Counted from the stretch's first letter, positions 1 through 11,243 are shown. The stretch: DNA of 64,000 bases from Octopus sinensis (GCF_006345805.1 NC_043001.1:34472001-34536000), one strand, 5' to 3'. Made by a program: numbers and translations. Notes: generated by a model not told the origin, from the letters alone.

Positions 1-52
<52 letters not shown>

Positions 53-166
53 GTCTGTCTGTCTGTCTGTCTCTCTGTGTGTGTGTGTCTCTCTTTCTCT
101 CTCTCTCTGTATAATATATATATAGATAGATAGATACATACATACATACATACATACTACATACAT

Positions 167-240
<74 letters not shown>

Positions 241-267
241 GTATTATGTATGTATTATGTATGTATG

Positions 268-343
<76 letters not shown>

Positions 344-357
344 GATAATAATAATAA
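1..357. repeat. Compound microsatellite (ATCT, GTCT, TG, CT, ACAT, AC, AT, GTAT, AAT arrays)
   Basis: Directly visible consecutive tandem arrays. Confidence 0.97.
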
Positions 358-1129
358 TAGTGTGTCCTTATGTATATATGCATGTATGTATGTTTGTATG
401 TATGTATATTGAGTTAGAGGCTAATCAGCCGCATATATTATACATCCAAATACACACACACACACACACACTCAAATCCACACATATATTCACTATGATG
501 GTTGAACCAATCTGTTTAAAAATACATGTAAACAAGCGCAAATGCATATATTATTGTGGTTTTCGTCAATACTTATTGAAATCATAATCGTGGAAATTAA
601 ACTGGTCATTAATAATCTGTATATATCAATCAAGATTGCTTGATGCACTCATGAACATTTGAATGTCAGGTCATGTGTGCCTATTCCTGAATGTATGTAT
701 GTGTGTATGAGGGCAGCAATATATATTCTCACATTTTCGAGAGGATGAATATATAAATGCGTAGGTGTATATGTTGATCCGTGCATGCATATATGTGTGC
801 ATATGTAAGCATATATATATGCATGTAGATATAGATGCCTAAGTATATGTATGTATATATGCGTGTGTACCTGTATGTGTATATGGGCATATATACACTG
901 GGTTGTGTGTGGGAGGATATGTGTGAGTCTGTGTGTGTATGTGTGTACGTATCCGAATGTATGTGTATGAATATATGTGAGCGTATCTGTGTGTGTATAT
1001 GGGTATATATACATAGGTTTGTTTGTGTCTGAGACTCTGTGTGTGTATGTGTGTATGTATCTGACCACGGAATACTGAAGGTCAGCTAATAAAATTCGCA
1101 TGTGCAACCAGCCATGAGGAACAGGTCAG

Positions 1130-1330
1130 CGATCAGCCGGTACCAAAACAGCCATCGACTACTGGCAGCAAACAGCATGAATCTACCAACTGTTACTAAA
1201 TTCAAACCAAGACGGATAAATGGGATGGCCTTGAAATCGAAGATTTTACACTAACGGAGACAGCAATTGAATTTCACCTGAGGAAACACAACTAGATCTC
1301 ATTATGCAAACAAACAGTTGCATAATCAAA
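1130..1330 (+). pseudogene. Possible decayed APE endonuclease fragment of a CR1/L2-like LINE
   Basis: Translation with one frameshift and a CGA>TGA gives ..LAANSMNLPTV.. and T*GNTLDLIMQTN, resembling the APE motifs GDFNLP and TRGNxLDL. Confidence 0.4.
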
Positions 1331-1694
1331 TACCTAATTTTTTTGAGAACTAAGTCGTATAGAAACAATTGTAGTGATTAAAAGTAACTGTCCTACCGTA
1401 CACCTGCTTGTTGACTGCAATTTCTTCAGTTATACATACATACATACATACATACATACATACATGCATACATATATATACATATATGGACTCCCTGCTC
1501 GAAAATATAAGGACACGGATATTGTGTTGTATAGCCAGTTGGAAACGATGTTTCCTGAGGCTAAATAACAGCAACAATCATCCCTTCCAAGACAGCCACA
1601 TTATGTTGGCAAATAGCCTTTACTTTAAAAAACTGTTACTGAATATCTCTCTTTAAGAGATTTAGAATTACACACATACACACACATATTTATA

Positions 1695-1840
1695 TTTCCG
1701 TCTACCACAGCCACGCATGGGGTTTGGTCGGCCCGAGGCTATAGCAGAAGACACTTGCCCAAGGTGCCACGCAGTGGGATTGAACACGGAACCATGTAGT
1801 TGGGAAGCACGCTTCTTACGTCACCCCTACGCCTGCGCCT
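1695..1840 (-). mobile_element. SINE family A (tRNA head + CORE-like block), 5' part
   Basis: Reverse complement has B-box-like GTTCAATCCC and GCACCTTGGGCAAGTGTCTTC, shared with many copies in this window. Confidence 0.85.
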
Positions 1841-2384
1841 ATGTGTGTGTATGTGTGTGTGAGTTGGGAGGGATGCATTGGTCATAATGACCATAAAAAT
1901 ATGCTGTATAAAATTGTGAAATAAGAGGAAATAAAGTTTGAGGATGAACAAGTCTGCAAGTTCTACACAGTTATAATTATTCCTAATATATATATATATA
2001 TTCGTTTATTTGTTCATATATATACACAAGCATGCGATTCTGCATACTGATGAAAAGGAGTTTCCTACACACTGCTATATGTACGCGCTTAGAGATAAGA
2101 CGCACCTTATTGACATTTCTTCACAGACTTACCAAAAACCAGGTCACTCTCTTATATATATTCTATATTTTCCAAAATTTCAATTGCATCATAACATTGG
2201 CATTAACCTCCTTACTTGCTGTTAGGTTTTACACACTCCTGAATGGGAATTGCGCCTATTAATTGCGTGGATAAACTTAGGTGCTAGAAATTTTTCTACT
2301 GGATTTGCAAAATATGTGTGACTAATGCACACACACGCACACACACACACGCACGCGCGCACGAACGCACACACATGTATGTAT

Positions 2385-2777
2385 CTCTTTTACTCTTTTA
2401 CTTGTCTCAGTCATTTGACTGTGGCCATAGTCGAGCAAATCGACCCCAAATCGACTTATTCTTTGTAAGCCTAGTACTTATTCTATAGGTCGCTTTTGCC
2501 GAACCGCTAAGTTACGGGGGCGTAAACACACCAGCATCGGTTGTCAAGCGATGTTGGGGGGGGGGACAAACATAGACACTCAAACATACACACACACACA
2601 CACATATATATATATACATACATATATACGACGGGCTTCTTTTCGTTTCCGTCTACCAAATCCACTCACAAGGCTTTAGTCGACCTGAGGCTATAGCAGA
2701 AGGCAGTAGCCCAAGGTGCCACGCAGTGGGACTGAACCCAGAACCAATCTACTTACCACACAGCCACTCCTACACCT
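2385..2777 (-). mobile_element. SINE family A, near full length
   Basis: Head GGAGTGGCTGTGTGGTAAG, CORE-like block, internal AT/CA tract, (GTAAAAGA)n tail. Confidence 0.9.
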
Positions 2778-2904
2778 ATATATATATATATTAATGTTTA
2801 TTTTTATGTTTAGTTATGATAAAGACAATTTTACATGAATCTGATGGGTTACTCTATAATTTTGTAGGGTACTAAATTTATCATTCTTATACAAGAACGT
2901 TGTA

Positions 2905-2945
2905 GATAGGGACTTCGAAGTTTCGGCCAAGGAAGCCATCGTCAT

Positions 2946-2946
<1 letters not shown>
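2905..2946 (-). ncRNA. Truncated minimal type I hammerhead-like motif
   Basis: Minus strand aUGACGA-U-GGC-uuccuug-GCC-GAAAC-UUCGAA-GUC; ACUUCGAAGU is a perfect palindrome; C3 and the 5' strand of stem I are missing next to a (TG)n tract. Confidence 0.55.
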
Positions 2947-2986
<40 letters not shown>

Positions 2987-3007
2987 GGTATGTATACTCA
3001 TATAGAG

Positions 3008-3290
3008 CAAAGATCCCCTCCGATTATGAATGACCACAAGAGTGCCCTTGGAAAGTTTCCCTCCGACGCACAAGTCCGGGCAAAGTCGTTTATGGAAGAC
3101 CAGAAGTCGGTCAAGCACACCAGCCTCCACCCCCGCTCCACTCCACCGATGTTATCCAAGGGAAAGGCAAAAACCGATACAGCTAGGCACCAGTGACGTC
3201 GCAACTTGTTCAACGTGGTACAAAGTGTCTTTCTCAAGAATATAACACGCAGCCAGGTCCGAGTAGCTAACTCTCAACCTCACGATTGCG
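3008..3290 (-). mobile_element. SINE family D, decayed
   Basis: Collinear with the 54621-54961 copy (GCACAAGTCCGGGCAA, TTATGGAAGACCAG, GTGACGTCGCAACT). Confidence 0.85.
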
Positions 3291-3944
3291 TACATACGTA
3301 GTGCGTGAGTAATTTAACATTAATGAACTGCAGTCTGGCTGAGTATGTAAGTGTAAAATTTAAGCAAGGACATACTCTTTATTCTGTATTGAGTACTTTC
3401 TCTTCCTTCATTAGAAACAACTTGTACACACATACATAGACGCACGCCCCCCCACATATATGTACATAAATGCATGCAATCGTGCATACACACACAAGTA
3501 TAAAACTGTGTGTGGGTTTATGTTTATACGTATCATTTACATATGCTGTTTCTGCTTCCCGTAACGTCTCTTTACAACAGTTTTAATTGACAGTCATATT
3601 AAATTAGCATAAGACTATAAAAATAAATCATTTATTTGATATCATTAAATTATCCGAAGCATAGTGTTTGCTTTTTATCACTTTCTTTTCCAACTAACTA
3701 ACTATTGCTTTTCGATTAATTTTCCTGTTGACGTGATCGATATTTTAAGGAACTCGAGTTTTCCGTTGTGTTTATATTTGTGAGGATTAAATTACATCAT
3801 TTATTAGGCTTTCTAGAATACATAATACTATTTTTGTTGTCAAACATAATATTGAAAATTCGGAGTTGTTAGGGAGACGGTGAGACAGAAAGTGCATTTT
3901 TTTTTATTTGCCAACATATGTTGGTATTACTACTTGTGTTTTTG

Positions 3945-4327
3945 AAGGTGGCGAGCTGGCAGAAACGTTAGCACGCCGGGCGAAATTTTTTGTCTGCCGT
4001 TGCGTTCTGAGTTCAAATTCCGCCGAGGTCAACTTTGCTTTTCATACTTTCGGGGGTCGATTAAATAAGTTCCGGTTGCGCACTGGAGTCGATATAATCG
4101 ACTTAATCCGTTTGTCTGTCCTTGTTTGTACCCTCTGTGTGTAGCCCCTTGTGGGCAGTAAAGAAATAGGTATTTCGTCTGCCGTCGACTTTGCTTTTCA
4201 TCCTTTCGGGGTCAATATATTAAGTACCAATTACGCACTAGGGTCGATGTAATCGACTTAATCCGTTTGTCTGTCCTTGTTTGTCCCCTCTATGTTTAGC
4301 CCCTTGTGGTAAATAAAGAAATAAGAA
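3945..4327 (+). mobile_element. SINE family B, dimeric (head plus two body units)
   Basis: A-box-like GGCGAGCTGGCAGAAACGTTAG, B-box GAGTTCAAATTCC, body repeated after a junction at about 4169. Confidence 0.9.
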
Positions 4328-4956
4328 TCGTCAGCCTGTTTGAATAAATGTCTTACGGTATTTGTTCTGGATCTTAAGGTTGTGAGTTTAAAATCTGCCG
4401 AGGTCAAATTTGCGTTTTATACATTCGGAATAGGTAAAATAAAATACCAAGCCTCAAAATTGCTGGCCCTTTTCCTAAATGAAAAATCGTTGTTCTTGTT
4501 GGTTTTGTTGGTGTTGCTATGTAGTTTTGTGACACTAGCCTCGATCGAGCAATCTTATTTAATATATATACCCAACTTTCCTTTTTACACAATGTTTCCG
4601 TCATGCTGAAGACTTTAAGGCACATTCGGGTAAATAAAATGCATAATACCGTTGGGTGCAGTATCAACGTATTGCACTCTCTGACCTGTCCAGGCTACTT
4701 CTGTATGCTCCTGGTGGTGGTGTTGTTGAGAGCAGAGGCACTGTATGTAAATCATAATATTTTAATTTTCTGCGTGTGCTTTATGTCGAGGATTAATTGT
4801 TTTTTGTGTCCTCCCCTTTAACGGGTAAGAAGTGAGACTGAGGATTTTGTAGGTGTTACATTAAGTTTCTTATTGTGACACCAGAATAATTTAGCTGTTG
4901 TGCCTAGAAGATGATAGAAAAGCGTAAGCGTGCCGAGCAAGATACCTTGCGCTATC

Positions 4957-5252
4957 TGTGAGTGGATTTGGTAGACAGAAACTGAAAGAAGCCCGTCGTA
5001 TATATGTATATGTTTGCGTGTGTATGTTTGTGTATATGTTTGTGTGTCTATGTTTGTCCCCCCAACATCGCTTGACACCCGATGCTGGTGTGTTTACGTC
5101 TACGTAATTTAGCGGTTCGGGGAAAAGAGACCGATAGAATAAGTACTAGGCTTACAAAAGAATAAGTCCCGGGGTCGATTTGCTCGGACTGAAGGCGGTG
5201 CTCCAGCATGGCCACACTCAAAATGACTGAAACAAGTAAAAGAGTAAAAGAG
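4957..5252 (+). mobile_element. SINE family A, 5'-truncated
   Basis: GTGAGTGGATTTGGTAGAC through the GTAAAAGAGTAAAAGAG tail. Confidence 0.9.
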
Positions 5253-5289
5253 TAGGAGCAAAAATTCACCTGGGACTAAATAAGAAGGA

Positions 5290-6380
5290 AAGCAACACGG
5301 ACAACAACAGCAGTAGCAGCAGTAGTAGCAGCAGCAGCAGCAGCAACCACAACAACAACACAAAGATGACGACGACAACAACAACAGCAACGTCCCAGCA
5401 TCACTTGTGACATCTGATTGAAACTGCTAATATAGTAAACTGTAGAACGTTGCTCAAAGACATGTATGCCAAAATCTTTTTGTCGTTTCTGCCTGTCATT
5501 CGACCGAACTGAAGGCATCGTTAATGGTGCCAATCTCACCCAAACCATTATGTACTTAAGTTTAAATCACTACTCTCGTCTTTGCTTTCTATTTTCGTTT
5601 CTTTCTTTCTTTCTTTCGTTTCTTTCTTTCTTTCTTTCGTTCTTACTTTCTTTCTTTCTTTCTTTTTTTCTTTCTTTCTTTCTATCTTCCTCGTTCTCTT
5701 TCTCTCTCTCGTTACTACTGTTCTATCTTTGATAAATTTAGATAGCCAACCTCCTGCTCTTCCTCGTCCTCCTCCTCATCATCATCATCATCACCATTGC
5801 CGTTATCATCACTGCTACTGTCGCTATCACCACCACCATGAGAATCAATACCCCACATCACCACCGTCATCACTACCAACAGCATCCCCATCACCACCTC
5901 CACTACCATATCCCCTTCACCGCAAACATCATCATCATCATCACCGTCGTCATTGTCGTTGTTGTCGATATCATCATCATCATTATCATCATCATCAACC
6001 CCTCACCACCACCACTAACCACCAGCACTGTCACCATCTTCATCATTATCGTCACATTCATCACCATCACCATCATCAATAGCAGCAGCACCATCATCAT
6101 CACCAGCAAGCACCACCACTGCCACCACCACCACCATCACCACAATCACCTTCACTACCACCACCATCATCATCGTCACATTCGTCATCATAATTCATGA
6201 GCACCATCACCATCACCACAATCTTCTTCACTTTCACCATCATCATCATCATTGTCACATTCGTCATCATCACCACCACCACCACCACCACCACCATCAC
6301 CACAATCACCTTCACTTTCATCATCATCATCATCATCATCATCATCCCACCCCCCACCTACCCACCACCACCATAATCGT
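5290..6380. repeat. Low-complexity block: (CAG/CAA)n, (TTTC)n and degenerate (CAT/CAC)n
   Basis: Direct inspection; explains the poly-His/Ile/Met ORFs. Confidence 0.92.
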
Positions 6381-6430
6381 CATCTTCACCCTTAGCTTTT
6401 TGTCTTCTTCTTCTTTTACTGTCCCCCCAT

Positions 6431-6635
6431 CCTAACCCTAACCCTAACCCTAACCCACGCTCCCCCCTAACCAATGCAGACATCTGAGTGTTTCAACACG
6501 TTATTGCTTAATCTCATTTCATAGAATCTTTAAAACAGAGATGGTTATTTGCCATTATTTTTCAAAATTGAAAGGAATTTCGTGTTGTTTAGAGCAATGC
6601 TATATTCTGTCTTCATTGTGACGTACTTTCGAGGT
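6431..6635. repeat. (CCCTAA)4 plus adjacent segment, probably a non-autonomous interspersed repeat (Helitron-like by analogy)
   Basis: CCTAACCCTAACCCTAACCCTAACCC at 6431-6456 is seen directly; the family assignment is inference. Confidence 0.45.
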
Positions 6636-6729
6636 TTTATATGTGTTCTTGTTTATTCGTTTTGTTCTTTTTGTTAACATTAATGCAATTCTGTCTGACA
6701 ATATTTAAACGCAGCAAGTAGCAAGCGAG

Positions 6730-7163
6730 GGGAAGAGGGGTAGGAGGAGAAGGAAGAGGAGGAGGAGGAGTAGGGGGAAAAGGGAATGGCAGAGGTAAGA
6801 GGAAAGGAGAGGAGAGGAGAGGAGGAATAAAGGGGAGTGGGGCAAGGGAAGATAAAGAAGAAAAAAAGACTTTGCTGATGATGATGCTGATCATCATAAT
6901 GATGATGATGATGATGATAACGACGACGACGATGGTGATGATGAGGATGCTGCCAATGGTGGTGGAGTGACGATGATTACGATGATGATAAGGAGGAGGA
7001 GGAGAGGAAGAAGCAGAAGAAGAAGAAGAAGAAGATGATGATGATGATGATGAAGAAGAAGAAGATGATGATGATGATGATAATGAAGAAAAGAAAAAGA
7101 AGTAGTAGTAGTAGTAGCAGAATAATAATAATAATAATAATGATAATAATGATAATAATAATA

Positions 7164-7227
<64 letters not shown>

Positions 7228-7400
7228 GAATAAGAAGAAGAAGAAGAAGAAGACAATGCTGCTGCTGCTGATGATGACGAGGATGAAAAGAAGGAGCAAA
7301 GGAAACATCACTAGCACGACACCGACCGCTGCCGCCGCCGCCACCACTACCACCACCACCACCACTACCACCTCTACCATTAAAAACAGCAACAACAACC
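6730..7400. repeat. Purine-rich and trinucleotide arrays (GGA, GAT, GAA, AAT, CAC)
   Basis: Direct inspection. Confidence 0.92.
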
Positions 7401-7785
7401 ACAACAATACAACCCGTTTAAAACATAATACACCAAGCTCTTTCCGAAACCAAAAACAACCCTCCCACCCCAAAAAACACACACACACACACATAAAAAA
7501 AAAATTGCAAACTTTCAATTTAATACGACAGAAGGAGCCAAAAAAAAATTTAAAAAAAAACATACATGAAAGAATATTATTAAAAAAAATAGGAAAAAAA
7601 ATACAGAACAGAAAAGAGGTATTCACAGAAAAAAAGAACAACAAACCCCTTTTAATTAACGGATGCATTCCCTCTTAAAAATGCCGTCTTTTTAATTAAT
7701 TCTTGCTTTCCTTTTACGTTTTTTTTTCATTTGTCTTTTTGTTTTTGCTTCTTCGTTTCCCCACTTTCCTCTCTCTATCTACGCA

Positions 7786-7829
7786 CACACAGACATTCAT
7801 ACACACATGCATACATGCATATATATAAC

Positions 7830-7891
<62 letters not shown>

Positions 7892-7962
7892 ATTACTAAA
7901 GCGGGTAGTAATCGTATGTAATGGTTATATTTACACACAGACATCATACACACATGCATACA

Positions 7963-8015
<53 letters not shown>

Positions 8016-8022
8016 TATAGAA

Positions 8023-8063
<41 letters not shown>

Positions 8064-8136
8064 ATAATATTATATATATATATATACACACGCATTTACT
8101 AAAGCGGGTTGTAATCGTATTGTTAATGTTATATTA
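7786..8136. repeat. Two-copy tandem duplication containing differentially expanded (AT)n
   Basis: CACACAGACA(T)TCATACACACATGCATACATGCA at 7786 and 7933; TTACTAAAGCGGGT at 7893 and 8096. Confidence 0.85.
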
Positions 8137-8924
8137 TAATGTTTGTGGAGTTCGCATCGTAAATGTTGTTGTTGTTGTTGTTGTTGTTGTTGGTGGTGGT
8201 GGTATGGTGGTGGTGTGGTATTGCTATCGTTAGTGGTGGTGGGGCGTCTAGGTATTGGCTGCTTCAAAAGAATAATTGAGTAACTAAAAAAAATTATTTT
8301 TATCTGTTTGAAATAAAAAAAAATAAAAAAAAAAACAAAATGATTCTACCCCTTACCTTTTATCCACGACCAGCGCCACCTATAACACCAACACACTCCC
8401 GCAAACTCCCACAAACTCCTGCACGCTCCCCCAAAAATCGAACGTCAAGTACTCTCCATGCAGTAGTGTGTCTACGCATGCGTAATTATATGCGCAAGTG
8501 TATATATCGTGAGTGTATACGAGTATCTATACGTATTCACATGCGGGTGTGTAATTCTGCATACGTGTATGCAACTGTGTCACCTCCCGTCCCCGTTAGT
8601 TTGAGGATGATCGCTTGACGCAGCCCGTGGTAGTGGTTTTGAGTGTGTGTGTGTGTGTGGTGCGTGTGTGGTGGATCTCCGTCATTCCACGGTGAGGATT
8701 TAGCTGTTCAATAAATTGAATTATCTGCACCTGAGTTAACGTGTAAGAGGCTGAATATACCTGCAGATGCGTAGACCCTTAACGTAATTCTCAAGTTGAT
8801 TCGTACCTTTGAGTTGAAGGCAATCTCTCTCTCAATCTGAGTGTGTATACGTATATACAGATGCACATATACTACATACAAATATATATATATATATAAA
8901 TTAATAAATAAATAAAACATATGT

Positions 8925-9083
8925 CACTTAGCGGTTCGGCAAAAGAGACCGATAGAATAAGTACTGGGCTTACAAAGAATAAGTCCCGGGGTCGAGTTGC
9001 TCGGCTATAGGCGGTGCTCCAGCATGGCCGCAGGCAAATGGCTGAAACAAGTAAAAGAAAGAAAGAAAGAAAGAAAGAAAGAA
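8925..9083 (+). mobile_element. SINE family A, 3' fragment with (GAAA)n tail
   Basis: TTAGCGGTTCGGCAAAAGAGACCGATAG...GGCGGTGCTCCAGCATGGCCGCAG. Confidence 0.9.
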
Positions 9084-9139
9084 ATATATACATACATATA
9101 TGTACGTACCTACCTCTACATGTATATATACATGCATAT

Positions 9140-9345
9140 ATGGGTACAGAACACCAAAAAGAAACGTCGAACACAATGAGAAACGAAAACACAAACACAA
9201 AACCAACGTTTTTCTTAAACAACGAAAAAATAGAGTACTGGACATACAAAACAAGGAAATTTCCCCTTCTTCAGTCGCCTTTGTTTCATCTACTCCACGT
9301 TTCGAAGGTCAAGGCGATACATGGACCTTATGAAAACAATCCTTC
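9140..9345 (-). mobile_element. Short module between AT arrays, possibly Penelope pLTR-like
   Basis: 6-bp stem AAGGTC/GACCTT followed by C-GAAAC on the minus strand, no intact core; composition like other modules in the window. Confidence 0.35.
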
Positions 9346-9404
9346 CATATATATATATATAAATAATATATAATAATATATATATAGTGTGTGGGTGTGT
9401 TGTG

Positions 9405-9451
<47 letters not shown>

Positions 9452-9489
9452 TGTGTGTGTGTGTATGTATATGCGTACGTATATACATA

Positions 9490-10039
9490 TAGGGTGGAGT
9501 AGAGAGGACGGAAGTTTTTGAAATGGCTATCACTTGGCCCCAGAGGAAGGGACATATGTCCGACAGGTACCGTTCGGTCCGTGATGTCTTAACATTTGTT
9601 TTTTTCTATTTTCAGGTGAAGCCATTGCGCTGTGGACGATAGAGCATCACGTGTTTGCCTACGACAGTTACGTGAAGAATAACGAGTTTGTCACAGCTGT
9701 TCAGCGTGATTTTCGGCGCCACTTCAACATTCACCGAAATCAGGCTGTTCCCAGCCGTAACACAATGATGCGTTTGGGTGAATGCACTTCGTACACGTGG
9801 TACACAAATGAATAGGAGACCGGTGGGAGCGCCACGAATGGTATGGACCCCGGAAAATGTTGAACGCGTCAGACACATCAATGAAAACAGACACCACATG
9901 ATGGATGTTGTTTTCCACACTTGATTTTGACGAATGCTAATTCAATACAAACACATTAATATCAATAAAATTTGTTTACAGCTAAAATTAATGATTTTGT
10001 GAATTGTTCACAAACGTCAGTCCTTTCTGTCCCACCCTG
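9490..10039 (+). mobile_element. Internally deleted Tc1/mariner element (DUF4817-like HTH type)
   Basis: 33-bp TIRs (25/33 identical), TA at 9488-9489 and 10040-10041, transposase N- and C-terminal remnants. Confidence 0.88.
9624..9924 (+). pseudogene. Truncated transposase: HTH region fused to the C-terminal peptide
   Basis: (I)ALWTIEHHVFAYDSYVKNNEFVTAVQRDFRRHFNIHRNQAVPSRNTMMR, frameshift at about 9774, WVNALRTRG...RTPENVERVRH-type segment, then INENRHHMMDVVFHT*. Confidence 0.8.
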
Positions 10040-10061
10040 TAATAAATAAATACATACATAT

Positions 10062-10092
<31 letters not shown>

Positions 10093-10122
10093 AATATATA
10101 TATAGATATATAATATATATAT

Positions 10123-10195
<73 letters not shown>

Positions 10196-10227
10196 ATATA
10201 ATATATATAATATATATATATATATAG

Positions 10228-10530
10228 TTAATCCAAACAGAAAGCACAAAAAAAAAAAACAACAACGCGAGGACGTGGAACAAATATAGTATTATGGACG
10301 TTCAGGAAGAAGGAAAGAAGGAGGGTCTTAACGTTTCGAGCGGAGCTCTTCGTCGGAAACATAGGAGAAGGAAAGATCAGAGAAGAGAAGACAGAGAAAA
10401 AAAATCGCCAACGGTACACACGAGGTCACATTTGGAAATATATATAAATATAAAATGAGGGTGAGAAATTGGATATTTATTTAATAAACATCAATTTAAC
10501 ACCAGTGGTCTAAAGGTTCAGTAAATTGTA
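10228..10530 (-). mobile_element. Penelope pLTR-like module with hammerhead-like motif
   Basis: Second copy at 15008-15085; contains the motif at 10325-10360; flanked by (AT)n. Confidence 0.65.
10325..10360 (-). ncRNA. Minimal hammerhead-like motif, U4>C
   Basis: GUUU-CCGACGA-A-GAGC-UCC-GCUC-GAAAC-GUU-AAGAC; the sister copy at about 15075 has CTGAC at this position. Confidence 0.6.
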
Positions 10531-10536
10531 TTATAT

Positions 10537-10717
10537 ACATATGAGAGGGATGACCACTATGTGAACAACCGTTATACTAGAAGTAGATCCATTATGGTCT
10601 TACCAAGAAAAATATTTAGCAAACACCAGCGTTTGCTAAATATTTTTTTTTGAGAACATTTCTTAGTGGTAAGACCATAGCGTGTCTACTTCTAGTATAA
10701 GTGTCATCCCTCTCATA

Positions 10718-10720
<3 letters not shown>
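10537..10720. repeat. 184-bp nested fold-back inverted repeat
   Basis: Four nested perfect arm pairs: ACATATGAGAGGGATGAC (18 bp), TTATACTAGAAGTAGA (16 bp), TATGGTCTTACCA (13 bp), AAAAATATTTAGCAAAC (17 bp). Confidence 0.92.
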
Positions 10721-10758
<38 letters not shown>

Positions 10759-10760
<2 letters not shown>

Positions 10761-11147
10761 TTACTCTCTCTCTCTTTTAGTTGTTTCAGTCATTTGATGC
10801 GGCCATGCTGGAGCACCCCGTGACTTATTCTTTTGTAAGCCCAGTAGTTATTCTATCGGTCTCTTTTGCCGAACCGCTAGGTGACGGGGACATAAACACA
10901 CCAGCATCGGTTGTCAAGCAATGCTAGCGGGGACAAACACAGACACACAAACTAACACACAACATATATATATATACATATATACGACAGGCTTCTTCCA
11001 GTTTCCGTCTACCAAATCCACTCACAAGGCTTTGGTCGGCCCGAGGCCTATAGTAGAAGACACTTGCCCAAGGCCACGCAGTGGGACTGAACCCGGAACC
11101 ATGTGGTTAGTAAACAAGCTACTTACCACACAGCCACTCCTACTCCT
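10759..11147 (-). mobile_element. SINE family A, near full length
   Basis: Collinear with the other A copies. Confidence 0.9.
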
Positions 11148-11150
11148 ATG

Positions 11151-11193
<43 letters not shown>

Positions 11194-11198
11194 TATAT

Positions 11199-11243
<45 letters not shown>

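Noticed and set aside
4616-4635. miR-124 seed TAAGGCAC
   Set aside because: Only the 8-nt seed matches; no precursor hairpin.
4640-4690. miR-92-like TATTGCACTCTCTGACCTGT in a small hairpin
   Set aside because: Only about 10 bp pair, the loop is 6 nt, and the mature sequence differs from miR-92 beyond the seed.
6431-6456. Telomere fusion site
   Set aside because: Only four units in one orientation; no head-to-head TTAGGG/CCCTAA arrangement.
6637-7668. 343-aa ORF and other long ORFs (e.g. 5582-6082, 20449-21144, 45363-45857)
   Set aside because: Translations of tri-, di- and tetranucleotide repeats (poly-L/S/H, YI, HT, SIYL); no domain content.
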